Assembly: GCA_035546715.1 (NCBI GenBank)
Contig: DASZWI010000131.1
Location: 35,465 to 99,464, forward strand
From: Gaiellaceae bacterium
GTDB lineage: Bacteria; Actinomycetota; Thermoleophilia; Gaiellales; Gaiellaceae
Direction: 5' to 3'
DNA: 64,000 nt
Below are positions 41,649-50,723 of this stretch, in pieces; within the stretch, counting starts at the first letter, position 1, and every line of letters begins with the position of its first letter. The position numbers and the translations under genes were made by a program. The notes beneath the pieces were generated by a model. That model was given only the letters and a program-made list of their open reading frames with translations, was not told the DNA's origin and did no database searches.

Positions 41649-43190
41649 ATGAACATCGCACGCCTCAGGGAAGGCTGGTCCAGCCTCGAGACTCGGAGCC
41701 AGATCACCCTCGTCGGGGCGGTCCTCGGGGTGCTGGTCACGCTCTACTTCCTCTACAGCTACGCGGGGAAGACGAGCTACTCGACCCTGGCGACCGGGCT
41801 CGACCCGGCGCAGACGGCCAACTGGGAGAAGACGCTCTCGGGCGCCGGCATCGCCTACAAGGTCGGCACCGGCGGGACCGAGCTCGACGTCCCCGCGAGC
41901 CAGGTCTCGAACGCGCGCATCGCGCTCGCCTCGAAGGGCATGCTCGACAGCGGCCAGAGCGCCTTCCAGGACTTCAACAAGTCGAGCCTCGGCACCACCG
42001 ACTTCCAGCAGCAGGTCCAGTACCAGCAGGCGCTCCAGACCGAGATCGCGTCGACGATCGAGCAGATCCAGGGTGTGAACAGCGCGACCGTCGCGCTCGT
42101 CATGCCGCAGGACACCCTGTTCGCCGACCAGTCGGCGAAGGCGTCGGCGTCGGTGCTCGTCAACGGCGGCGGCACACTCGACGCGAGCACGGTCGCCGGG
42201 ATCGCCCACCTGGTCTCGTCGGCCGTCAAGGGCCTCGACACGCAGAACGTCACGATCACCGACGAGACGGGCGCCCTGCTGTGGCCGAACGGCGCGTCGG
42301 GCGGCGGCTCCGGCAACGCGTCGAGCAAGCTCCAGGCCGACAACCTGTACGCCTCCCAGCTCACGTCGCAGATCAACGCGCTGCTCGCCTCGACCCTCGG
42401 GCCGAACAAGGCGCTCGCGCAGGTGCACGCCGACCTGAACGTCGACCAGACGACCCTCGACAAGGTCACGTACGCCAAGAAGGGCGTGCCGCTGACGACG
42501 CAGACGCAGAACGAGACGCTCGCCAGCAAGGGCGGCGGCTCCGCGCAGCTCCCGTCCGGCACGACGACGAACACCCAGTCGCCGCCGAGCTACGCCGGAA
42601 CGACCAGCGGCGCGAACGGCTCGTCGAACTACAGGAACACGACCGCCACGACGACGTACGGCGTCGACAAGACGATCCAACACAGCGTCGTCGCGCCGGG
42701 CGCCGTCAACAAGCTCGACGTCGCGCTGATGGTCGACCAGAGCGTCCCGGCCGCGCAGGTGACGTCGCTCCAGAAGTCCGTCGCGAGCCTCGTCGGGCTC
42801 GACACGAAGCGCGGCGACACGATGGCGGTCACGCGGCTCGCGTTCGCCAAGCCCGCGACGACGACGACGAAGGGCGGCCCGCTGGGCTCGATCGACGCGG
42901 TCGGCATCGCCAAGGACGTCGGGGTCGGCGCGCTCGCCCTGCTCTTCCTCTTCGCGATGCGCCGCGCCCTGAAGCGCCGCGAGGGCGAGGCCAGCGTGCC
43001 GTCGCCGACGTGGCTCCGCGAGCTCGAGAGCGGCGTCACGGTCGCCCAGCTCGAGGCGTCCCAGCAGGTGCCGCAGCTGCCGGCGGCCGTGGTCGAGCGC
43101 CGCGCAGCCGTGCGTGAGCAGGTCGAGGAGATCGCGAACAACTCGCCCGAGGCGATCGCAGCGCAGGTGGCCCAGTGGATGAAGGAGTAG
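41649..43190 (+). CDS. fliF: MS-ring protein FliF
   Basis: 513 aa. N-terminal TM segment, then YSTLATGLDPAQTANWEKTLSGAGIAYKV..IEQIQGVNSATVALVMPQ. Confidence 0.95.
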   Translation: MNIARLREGWSSLETRSQITLVGAVLGVLVTLYFLYSYAGKTSYSTLATGLDPAQTANWEKTLSGAGIAYKVGTGGTELDVPASQVSNARIALASKGMLDSGQSAFQDFNKSSLGTTDFQQQVQYQQALQTEIASTIEQIQGVNSATVALVMPQDTLFADQSAKASASVLVNGGGTLDASTVAGIAHLVSSAVKGLDTQNVTITDETGALLWPNGASGGGSGNASSKLQADNLYASQLTSQINALLASTLGPNKALAQVHADLNVDQTTLDKVTYAKKGVPLTTQTQNETLASKGGGSAQLPSGTTTNTQSPPSYAGTTSGANGSSNYRNTTATTTYGVDKTIQHSVVAPGAVNKLDVALMVDQSVPAAQVTSLQKSVASLVGLDTKRGDTMAVTRLAFAKPATTTTKGGPLGSIDAVGIAKDVGVGALALLFLFAMRRALKRREGEASVPSPTWLRELESGVTVAQLEASQQVPQLPAAVVERRAAVREQVEEIANNSPEAIAAQVAQWMKE

Positions 43191-44215
43191 CGACCGCCAC
43201 CGCGCCGCCGCTGACGCCGCGGCGCAAGGCCGCCATCCTCTGCGTGGCGCTCGGGCCCGAGGGCGCGTCGAAGATCTTCCGGCACCTGCCCGAGGACGTC
43301 GTCGAGAAGCTGACGGTCGAGATGGTGAAGACGCAGGACGTCGCCCCCGAGGAGGCGGAGGCGGTCCAGCGCGAGGTCGTCGAGAACGCGATCGCCCGCG
43401 GCTACCTGGCCGAGGGCGGTCTCCGCTACGCCCGCGACGTCCTCGAGCGGGCGGTCGGCCCGGACCGCGCCGGCGAGATCCTCGACCGGCTCGCCTCCTT
43501 CTACGAGGCGACGCCGTTCGAGTTCCTGCGCATGACGCCGCCCGACCAGATCTACACGTTCCTGCGCAGCGAGCATCCGCAGACCACGGCGCTCGTGATC
43601 GCCAACCTGCCCACCCGCGAGCTCGCCGCCAAGGTGCTCGAGCTGGCGCCGCCGGAGGAGCAGGCCGAGATCGCCTACCGGATCGCGCTGATGGGGCAGA
43701 CCCAGCCGGACGTGATCAAGGACGTCGCGCACGTCATGCAGACGAAGCTCGACATGGTCATGCAGTCCGAGTACTCGGCCGCCGGCGGCGTCGGGTCGCT
43801 CGCCGACATCCTCAACAAGTCCGATCGGGCGACCGAGCGGAACATCCTCAACTACCTCGCCGACGCGAACCCCGAGCTCGCCGACGAGGTCCGCTCGATG
43901 CTCTTCGTCTTCGAGGATCTGCTCAAGCTCGACGACCGCACGATCCAGCTCGTGCTCAAGGAGACCGACTCCAAGGATCTCGCCCTCGCCCTCCGCGGCT
44001 CGAGCGACGACGTCAAGGAGCGGATCCTGGCCAACATGTCGCAGCGCGCCGGCGAGACCCTGCGCGAGGAGATGGAGTTCATGCCGCCGCAGCGGAGGCG
44101 CGTCATCGAGGAGGCGCAGACGAAGATCGTCGCGATCGTGCGCCGCCTCGAGGACTCGGGCGCCATCTACATCGCCCGCGCCGGCGGCGACTCCGAGGAC
44201 GAGATGGTCGTATGA
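43175..44215 (+). CDS. fliG: Rotor/switch protein FliG
   Basis: 346 aa. RRKAAILCVALGPEGASKIFRHLPEDVVEKLTVEM..MLFVFEDLLKLDDRTIQLVLKE. Confidence 0.96.
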   Translation: MDEGVATATAPPLTPRRKAAILCVALGPEGASKIFRHLPEDVVEKLTVEMVKTQDVAPEEAEAVQREVVENAIARGYLAEGGLRYARDVLERAVGPDRAGEILDRLASFYEATPFEFLRMTPPDQIYTFLRSEHPQTTALVIANLPTRELAAKVLELAPPEEQAEIAYRIALMGQTQPDVIKDVAHVMQTKLDMVMQSEYSAAGGVGSLADILNKSDRATERNILNYLADANPELADEVRSMLFVFEDLLKLDDRTIQLVLKETDSKDLALALRGSSDDVKERILANMSQRAGETLREEMEFMPPQRRRVIEEAQTKIVAIVRRLEDSGAIYIARAGGDSEDEMVV

Positions 44216-44832
44216 GCTCGTTTGTGTTCGAAGAGCTCGAGGCCCATGGGGAGATCGTGGGCCTCGGGAACACGCCGGCCGAGCGTGCGGCGCGCATCGT
44301 GGCCGAGGCCGAGGCGCACGCCGCCGAGATCGAGACCGAGGCCCGCCGGGCCGGCTACGAGGCGGGCTACGCCGAGGGCCTGGCCCAGGCCGCACGCGAG
44401 CTCGAGATCCCTCGCGCGACCTTCGCGGCGGCGGTCGACGCCATCCAGGCCGCCCGTGACGACGTCTGCGCGGCGGTCGAGCAGCACGCCGTCGAGCTCG
44501 CGGTCGCGATCGCCGAGCGCGTGGTCGGCGCGGCGCTCGACGTCCGCCCGGAGCTCGTCTGCGACGTCGTCGCGAGCGCGTTGCGCCGCGTCGTCGAGCG
44601 CGACCGCCTGGCGATCGACGTGAACCCCGAGGACGTCCCGCTCGTCCGCGCCTGGCTCGAGTCGCAGTCCGAGATCGCCGTGGCGACCGTCGAGGTGCGC
44701 GGCGAGCGGCGCGTGCCGCGCGGCGGCTGCGTCGTCCGGACGTCGGAGGGCGAGGTCGACGCGCGCGTCGGCGAGCAGCTCGCGCGGGCCCGCGAGGTGC
44801 TGCGCGAGGCGTTCGCGGAGCGCACCGCATGA
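44212..44832 (+). CDS. fliH: Export ATPase regulator FliH
   Basis: 206 aa. Glu/Ala-rich coiled N-terminal part plus C-terminus GGCVVRTSEGEVDARVGEQL. ATGA overlaps on both sides. Confidence 0.8.
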   Translation: MSSFVFEELEAHGEIVGLGNTPAERAARIVAEAEAHAAEIETEARRAGYEAGYAEGLAQAARELEIPRATFAAAVDAIQAARDDVCAAVEQHAVELAVAIAERVVGAALDVRPELVCDVVASALRRVVERDRLAIDVNPEDVPLVRAWLESQSEIAVATVEVRGERRVPRGGCVVRTSEGEVDARVGEQLARAREVLREAFAERTA

Positions 44833-46154
44833 CGCGGGTCCTCGACAGGGCCGTCTTCGAGTCATACGCCGAGTCGATCCGGGTCGCCGACCTCCATCCG
44901 AGGCGCGGCCGGGTGCGCAGCCTGATCGGCCTCGTGATCGAGGCGACCGGCCTGCGGGCCGAGGTCGGCGAGCTCTGCACGATCTCCGCCGGCCGCAACG
45001 GCGACGAGGTCGCCGCCGAGGTCGTCGGCTTCCGCGACGGCGCGACACTCCTCATGCCGCTCGGCGAGATGCACGGCATCGGGCCGGGCAACCTCGTCTC
45101 GGCGACCGGGAAGCCGTTCCGGCTGCCGGTGGGGGAGGAGCTGCTGGGTCGCGTCCTCGACGGGCTCGGCCGCCCGATCGACGACCTGCCCGCGCCCGAC
45201 ACCGCGGAGTTCCGCTCCACGTTCGCCGCGCCGCCGTCGCCGCTCCAGCGCGCCCGCATCTCGCAGCGGCTGTCGCTCGGCGTCCGCGCGCTCGACGGCT
45301 TCGTCCCGTGCGGCACCGGCCAGCGGCTCGGCATCTTCGCCGGGTCGGGCGTCGGCAAGTCGTCGCTGCTCGGCATGATCGCCCGCTCGACGTCGGCCGA
45401 CATCAACGTGATCTGCCTCGTCGGCGAGCGGGGCCGCGAGGTGCGCGAGTTCGTCGAGCGCGACCTCGGCGACGCACTCGAGCGCTCCGTCGTGATCGTC
45501 GCCACCTCCGACGAGCCCGCGCTCGTGCGGATCAAGGCCGCCTTCGCGGCCACCACGATCGCCGAGTGGTTCCGCGACCGGGGCCAGGACGTCGTCCTGA
45601 TGATGGACTCGGTCACGCGCCTCGCGCTCGCCCAGCGCGAGCTCGGGCTCGCGATCGGCGAGCCGCCGGCCGCCCGCGGCTTCACCCCGAGCGTCTTCGC
45701 CCTGCTGCCGCGGCTCCTGGAGCGGGCCGGGACGTCCGACGTCGGCTCGATCACCGGCCTCTACACCGTCCTCGTCGAGGGCGACGACATGAACGACCCG
45801 ATCGCCGACGCCGTCCGCGGCATCCTCGACGGCCACTGCGTGCTGACGCGCGAGCTCGCGCATCGCAGCCACTACCCGGCGGTCGACGTGCTCCAGTCGG
45901 TCTCCCGCCTCCAGGGCGACGTGACCGAGCCGGACGTCCGCCAGGCGGCGGCGTCGCTCCGCGAGCTGCTGGCCCTGCATCGCGAGAAGGAGGACCTGAT
46001 CGCGATCGGCGCGTACGCCGCCGGCAGCGACCCGCGCATCGACCGGGCGATCGAGCTGCTGCCCTCGATCGAGGGCTTCCTGAAGCAGTCCGTCGACGAG
46101 CCGACCCCGTCGGAGGAGACGGATCGCCTGATCCTCGAGCTCGCCGAGTCCTAG
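44829..46154 (+). CDS. fliI: Flagellum-specific ATPase FliI
   Basis: 441 aa. Walker A GIFAGSGVGKSSLL and Walker B VVLMMDSVTR. Confidence 0.97.
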   Translation: MTRVLDRAVFESYAESIRVADLHPRRGRVRSLIGLVIEATGLRAEVGELCTISAGRNGDEVAAEVVGFRDGATLLMPLGEMHGIGPGNLVSATGKPFRLPVGEELLGRVLDGLGRPIDDLPAPDTAEFRSTFAAPPSPLQRARISQRLSLGVRALDGFVPCGTGQRLGIFAGSGVGKSSLLGMIARSTSADINVICLVGERGREVREFVERDLGDALERSVVIVATSDEPALVRIKAAFAATTIAEWFRDRGQDVVLMMDSVTRLALAQRELGLAIGEPPAARGFTPSVFALLPRLLERAGTSDVGSITGLYTVLVEGDDMNDPIADAVRGILDGHCVLTRELAHRSHYPAVDVLQSVSRLQGDVTEPDVRQAAASLRELLALHREKEDLIAIGAYAAGSDPRIDRAIELLPSIEGFLKQSVDEPTPSEETDRLILELAES

Positions 46155-46164
46155 CCAGGCGCCC

Positions 46165-46356
46165 GCCCCTGACCTTGTGTTGAGTCAACACAAGGTCGGT
46201 TCGGCCCGGCCCGACGCCGGACGAAGGGGCCGCCTTCGCGCGTGCCCGAGCGTGAGCCGCACGACGCGTGACGTCTCGAGCGGCAGTCCGAACGGCGGTC
46301 CGAGTTGACCGATGTCGGAGGGGGGTTGGGAGGGGAACCGGAGGTTCCTCTCCACG
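46165..46356 (-). repeat. Intergenic repeat copy 5 (B palindrome + middle + A)
   Basis: Perfect 27-bp palindrome GACCTTGTGTTGAGTCAACACAAGGTC (46171-46197). A hairpin GGGAGGGGAACCGGAGGTTCCTCTCC (46328-46353) abuts the stop of the next gene. Confidence 0.8.
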
Positions 46357-46358
46357 AG

Positions 46359-46826
46359 CTAGGCGGCTGCGCGCTCGGGGCGGGCGCCGAGGCCGATGGC
46401 GAGGCCGAGCTCGAAGAGCTGGAGCGTGCTCGGGGCCGGGGCCCGGCCCTCGGCGACGACGCGGCCGAGCTCGGTCTCGGCGTCCGCGATCGCGTTGAGG
46501 TCGCACTGGCGCGCGATCACCGCATGCCGGCCGAAGCTCCGCACGGTCGCGACGCCGTCGAGCAGGTGCCGCGGCACGGCGGGCTCGGCGGGTGGCAGCC
46601 ACGCGCTGACGAGCATGCCGCAGAGGCAGGCGGTCGCCCCCTCGGCGACGTCGCGCTCCCACGTCGGGGCGGCCCGGCCGACCGTCGTCCGGGCGAGCTC
46701 GAGCGCGATCTGCGTCGCGAGCCCGTCGGGAGCCTGGAGCTCGCGCGCGATCGGATCGTCCCCGAGCCCGGTCCCCAGCGCAGCGGTGAACGCGGCGCGG
46801 ATGTCGTCTTCGTCGTACTCCCGCAC
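46359..46826 (-). CDS. Hypothetical protein (about 155 aa; start uncertain)
   Basis: GC3-rich frame of ORF 46359..47372. The first canonical start outside the repeat is GTG 46826. No motif recognised. Confidence 0.45.
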   Translation of the reverse strand: MREYDEDDIRAAFTAALGTGLGDDPIARELQAPDGLATQIALELARTTVGRAAPTWERDVAEGATACLCGMLVSAWLPPAEPAVPRHLLDGVATVRSFGRHAVIARQCDLNAIADAETELGRVVAEGRAPAPSTLQLFELGLAIGLGARPERAAA

Positions 46827-46879
46827 GCCCTCAACGTAGTCGGCGCCGGCCGACGTGTCATTAGGCGAAAGCGCAGCGC

Positions 46880-47086
46880 AGGACCAGACCTTGTGTTGAC
46901 TCAACACAAAGTCGAGACCGGCCCGGCACCCACGCCCGCCGAAGGGCCCCCTACGCGAGCGCCCGGGCTTGCTCGGGCGTGAGCCGCAGCAGACCGTCTC
47001 GGGTGGCGTCCCGGTCCGTACGGCCGTCCGAGCTGCACGTGTCGGAGGGGAGGGTTCGGGAGGGGAACCGGAGGTTCCTCTCCCAA
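46880..47086 (-). repeat. Intergenic repeat copy 6 (B palindrome + middle + A)
   Basis: GACCTTGTGTTGACTCAACACAAAGTC (46887-46913). A hairpin at 47058-47084 abuts the J-domain gene stop. It is the reverse complement of 56558-56756. Confidence 0.8.
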
Positions 47087-47089
47087 CTG

Positions 47090-47353
47090 TCAGGCGTAGA
47101 GGTCGACGAGCTGCGGCCGGCTCGGTGCTCGGCCGTAGCCGTACGTGCCGGGCACGACAGTGCCCGGGACCGTGCGCGGGGCGCTCACGAGGAGCTCGCG
47201 GTACGCGCTCTGGATCGACTCGATCGACCGGCCGTTGCCGGCGCCGGTGTCGGGGTGGTGCGCCCGCAGGGCGCGCCGGTAGGCGCGGCGGACCTCCTCG
47301 TAGGAGGCGCCGCTGCCGACGCCGAGCATCGCGTGCGCACGTGAGACATCCAT
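47090..47353 (-). CDS. Small J-domain (DnaJ-like) protein
   Basis: 87 aa. AHAMLGVGSGASYEEVRRAYRRALRAHHPDTG contains the HPD motif. Confidence 0.75.
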   Translation of the reverse strand: MDVSRAHAMLGVGSGASYEEVRRAYRRALRAHHPDTGAGNGRSIESIQSAYRELLVSAPRTVPGTVVPGTYGYGRAPSRPQLVDLYA

Positions 47354-47421
47354 GTCCCGTCCACGGTATCACCCGAAAGGGTGGTGTCCAGTCCTACGGA
47401 GAGGTGAGATCCGGGGCGGAA

Positions 47422-48267
47422 TCAGGCGTTGACCGCGTCGAAGCGATCCTGCGCCGCGACGAGGTCGGCGACCCGCTCGGCGGCGGCGTCGAGGTCGACG
47501 CCCGGCAGCAGGACACGCCGTGGCAGCTCGCGGGCCGGCTCGATCCCGACGTCGAGGCGGCGGACGAGCACGTCGGCGATCTGCACGAGCGCGCCGAGCG
47601 GCGTCTGCGGCGCGGGCGCGTCGTGGTCGCGGATCGCGACGACGAGGTCGAGCGGGTACGACCAGCGCTCGGCCAGCAGCGCACCGAGCTCGGCGTGCGA
47701 GAACCCGAAGATCCAGTCCTCCGCCTCCCAGAACTGCTCTCCGCGCGACTCGGCCTCGAGCAGGTAGCGGAACTCGTCCGGCGCGTTCGCCGCGATCACG
47801 TTCAGCCCCAGGTTGTGCAGCAGACCGGCCGCGAGCGCGCGCTCGTGGTCGATCCCGGCCGGCGCCAGGGCGCGGGCGGCGAGTCCGACGCGGATGGCGT
47901 GGCGGTGCAGCTCGTGGCGCGCCCATTCGAGCCCGTCGGGCGGCCCCTGGAGCATCCGCAGGCCGGGTGAGGCCAGCGCGAGCGCCGCGACGCGCTCGTA
48001 GCCGAGCCGCGTGATGGCGGTGGGCAGGTCGGCGACGCGCGTCGCGCTGTACGACGCCGCGCTGTTCGCGACGCGCAGCAGGAGCGCCGAGAAGGCCTCG
48101 TCGTGGCTCGCCTCGAGGGCCAGCAGCTGCGGCGTCGACGAGGTGAGCTCGCAGAGCTCCGCGACGCGGAGGAGCGAGGCGGGGTCGCCCACCGGCAGCG
48201 CGAGGGCGCGCTCGACCAGCTCCTCGATGAAGTGGGAGTCGCGGGCGACCGGCTCGGGAGAGGCCAT
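47422..48267 (-). CDS. HDOD-domain signalling protein
   Basis: 281 aa. SALLLRVANSAASYSATRVADLPTAITRLGYERV..HAIRVG..LLHNLG fits the HDOD pattern. Confidence 0.8.
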   Translation of the reverse strand: MASPEPVARDSHFIEELVERALALPVGDPASLLRVAELCELTSSTPQLLALEASHDEAFSALLLRVANSAASYSATRVADLPTAITRLGYERVAALALASPGLRMLQGPPDGLEWARHELHRHAIRVGLAARALAPAGIDHERALAAGLLHNLGLNVIAANAPDEFRYLLEAESRGEQFWEAEDWIFGFSHAELGALLAERWSYPLDLVVAIRDHDAPAPQTPLGALVQIADVLVRRLDVGIEPARELPRRVLLPGVDLDAAAERVADLVAAQDRFDAVNA

Positions 48268-48372
48268 CGGAGACGTGATCGGCCGGGCGGACCGAGGTCT
48301 GAGCGAAACACGCCCGGAACGCCCCTGGAACGGGGGATTCCGCCAGGTCGCGGCCGGGTCCCGTGCCGAGGC

Positions 48373-48399
48373 TCACATACGGGCCCGGACGGCCGATTA
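48373..48399 (+). promoter_or_regulatory. Sigma-28-like promoter upstream of cheW
   Basis: TCAC-N15-GCCGATTA with an exact 15-nt spacer, 35 nt before ATG 48435. The -35 element is weak. Confidence 0.3.
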
Positions 48400-48434
48400 A
48401 CCGAACCGCTCGTCATTCCAAGGAGGAGTTCCAG

Positions 48435-48884
48435 ATGGCCGTTTCAGATGGTGCGCAGCAGCTCGTGGTGTTCTCGCTCGGCGACGAGGAGTACGCGCTG
48501 CCGATCACGCAGGTGCAGGAGATCATCCGGTACACGGAGCCTCGCGCGGTTGCGTCCGAGGAGTCGTGGATCGAGGGCGTCATCAGCCTGCGCGGGAAGA
48601 TCATCCCGGTGTGCAACCTCGCGGGCCGGCTCGGTCTCGGGACCGAGCGGGTCGACCACGCGAAGATCGTCATCGTCGAGACGGCCGGCGGTACCGCGGG
48701 CGTCACGGTCGACGAGGTCGAGGAAGTGCTCACGCTCGACGAGGAGCAGCTCGACGCGGTTCCCGGTGCGGGCACCGAGTGCATCGAGGCGGTCGCCAAG
48801 ATCGACGACCGGCTCGTCGTCCTGCTCAACTCCGACGGCATCTTCGCCGGCGCCAGCCTCGGCGCGGCGGCAGCGGCGGCGTAG
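48435..48884 (+). CDS. cheW: Chemotaxis coupling protein CheW
   Basis: Internal ATG 48435 preceded by AAGGAGG. QLVVFSLGDEEYALPITQVQEIIRY..ISLRGKIIPV. Confidence 0.93.
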   Translation: MAVSDGAQQLVVFSLGDEEYALPITQVQEIIRYTEPRAVASEESWIEGVISLRGKIIPVCNLAGRLGLGTERVDHAKIVIVETAGGTAGVTVDEVEEVLTLDEEQLDAVPGAGTECIEAVAKIDDRLVVLLNSDGIFAGASLGAAAAAA

Positions 48885-49906
48885 TGGGTCGGACCCCTGC
48901 ACGCGTCGTCGTCGTCGACGACTCCGCCCTCATGCGCCGTCTCCTCGCCTCGGCTCTGACCGAGGCGGGGTTCGACGTCGTCGCCGTCGCAGCCGACGGC
49001 GACGAGGCCTTGGCGGCCTGCGCGCAGCACCGCCCGGACGTGCTCAGCCTCGACCTGGCGATGCCCGGCCTCCACGGCCTGGACGTGCTGCGGGCGTTGA
49101 ACAAGACCGGGTCGACGGCCCGGGTGGTCGTCGTGTCGGCGTTCTCGCCGGCGTACGGCGCGCGTGCAGTGGACGCCCTCGCCGAGGGCGCCTTCGAGCT
49201 GGTCGAGAAGCCGAGCGCGGGCACCCCGCCCACGGCCTTCCTCGCCGAGCTCTGCGACAAGGTCGAGCTCGCTGCCCGCTCGAGCCCGACGAACCGGACC
49301 GCCGCGACGCCTGCGCGTGCGGTGAAGCGGGCCGTCGGCCGGCTGGGCAAGCGGGCCGTCCTGATCGCCTGCTCCACGGGCGGCCCGAAGGCGCTGGCCG
49401 ACCTGATCCCGAGGCTGCCCGCCCCGCTCGGGCACGGCGGCGTGATCGTGCAGCACATGCCGCCCGGGTTCACGCACTCCCTCGCCGACCGGCTCGACCG
49501 CAAGTCGCGGCTGACGGTGAAGGAGGCCTCGGGCGGCGAGCGGCTCGATCCGTCGACGCTGTACCTGGCGCCGGGCGGCAGCCACCTGCGGCTCGTGCAC
49601 GACGCCTGCCAGCTGAGCGACGACCCCGCAATCGGCGGTCTGCGCCCGCGCGCCGACCTCACGATCGAGGACGCCGCCAAGGCCTACGGACAGGACCTCG
49701 TCCTCGTCGTCCTCACCGGCATGGGCCGGGACGGCCTGGAGGGCGCCAAGGTCGTGAAGCGCTACGGCGGCCGGATCCTGGCCGAGGCCGAGGAGACCTG
49801 CACCGTCTACGGCATGCCGCGCGCGGTCGTCGAGGCCCGCCTGGCCGACGACGTCCTGCCGCTCGGCGACCTGCCGGCGGCGATCGCGGCGGAGGCGGGC
49901 GCATGA
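48884..49906 (+). CDS. cheB: Chemotaxis methylesterase CheB
   Basis: GTG 48884 overlaps the cheW stop by 1 nt. REC domain (VVVVDDSALMRR..DLAMP) plus esterase (IACSTGGPKAL..GMGRDG). Confidence 0.93.
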   Translation: MGRTPARVVVVDDSALMRRLLASALTEAGFDVVAVAADGDEALAACAQHRPDVLSLDLAMPGLHGLDVLRALNKTGSTARVVVVSAFSPAYGARAVDALAEGAFELVEKPSAGTPPTAFLAELCDKVELAARSSPTNRTAATPARAVKRAVGRLGKRAVLIACSTGGPKALADLIPRLPAPLGHGGVIVQHMPPGFTHSLADRLDRKSRLTVKEASGGERLDPSTLYLAPGGSHLRLVHDACQLSDDPAIGGLRPRADLTIEDAAKAYGQDLVLVVLTGMGRDGLEGAKVVKRYGGRILAEAEETCTVYGMPRAVVEARLADDVLPLGDLPAAIAAEAGA

Positions 49907-50715
49907 GCGTCCTCCTCGCCACCCGCCCGCACCCCGGGCGCGACGACGACTACGTCACCTTCTGCGAGGGCGTGCGCCGCATCTGCGGCATCGACCTCCT
50001 CCAGTACAAGCGCGGCCAGATGGAGCGCCGCATCCGGACGTTCGCCTCGAACCGCGGCGTCACGGACCTCGGCGCGTACCTGAGGCGCCTGCACGGCGAC
50101 CGCGCCGAGCTCGAGGCCTTCCTCGACCGCGTGACGATCAACGTCTCGCAGCTCTGGCGGAACCCGCAGGAGTGGGTCTCGCTCGCCCGCGACGTGCTGC
50201 CCGAGCTCGCGAAGGCGGGCCGGATCCGCGCCTGGAGCGCCGGGTCGTCGTACGGCGCCGAGGCCTACACGCTCGCGGCGCTCATGCTCGACACGGTTCG
50301 AGGCTCGGCCGGCGAGATCCTCGGCACCGACATCGACCCGCGGATGGTCGCCCGCGCCCGCGAGGGCCGGTTCTCGGCCGAGGACGCGCGCAGCGCGCCG
50401 CCCGAGGCCCTCACGCGGTGGTTCGAGCAGGACGGCGGCGAGTTCGTGGCCCGGCGCGAGCTGAAGGCGCTCGTGCGCTTCGAGACCGGCGATCTGCTCC
50501 GCATGCCGTTCCCCGAGGGCCGCTACGACCTCGTGCTCTGCCGCAACACCGTCATCTACTTCACCGAGGACGTCCGCGACGCCCTCCACGAGCGTCTCGC
50601 GCGCTCGATCCGCCCCGGGGGCTACCTCCTGATCGGCTCGACGGAGCGTGTGTCGAACACCGCCGCCGTCGGCCTCGAGGTCGTCCGCCCGTTCCTCTAT
50701 CGCAAGGTCGCCTAA
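49903..50715 (+). CDS. cheR: Chemotaxis methyltransferase CheR
   Basis: ATGA overlap with cheB. 270 aa. IRAWSAGSSYGAEAYTLA..VLCRNTVIYF. Confidence 0.93.
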   Translation: MSVLLATRPHPGRDDDYVTFCEGVRRICGIDLLQYKRGQMERRIRTFASNRGVTDLGAYLRRLHGDRAELEAFLDRVTINVSQLWRNPQEWVSLARDVLPELAKAGRIRAWSAGSSYGAEAYTLAALMLDTVRGSAGEILGTDIDPRMVARAREGRFSAEDARSAPPEALTRWFEQDGGEFVARRELKALVRFETGDLLRMPFPEGRYDLVLCRNTVIYFTEDVRDALHERLARSIRPGGYLLIGSTERVSNTAAVGLEVVRPFLYRKVA

Positions 50716-50723
50716 GGAGCCGC

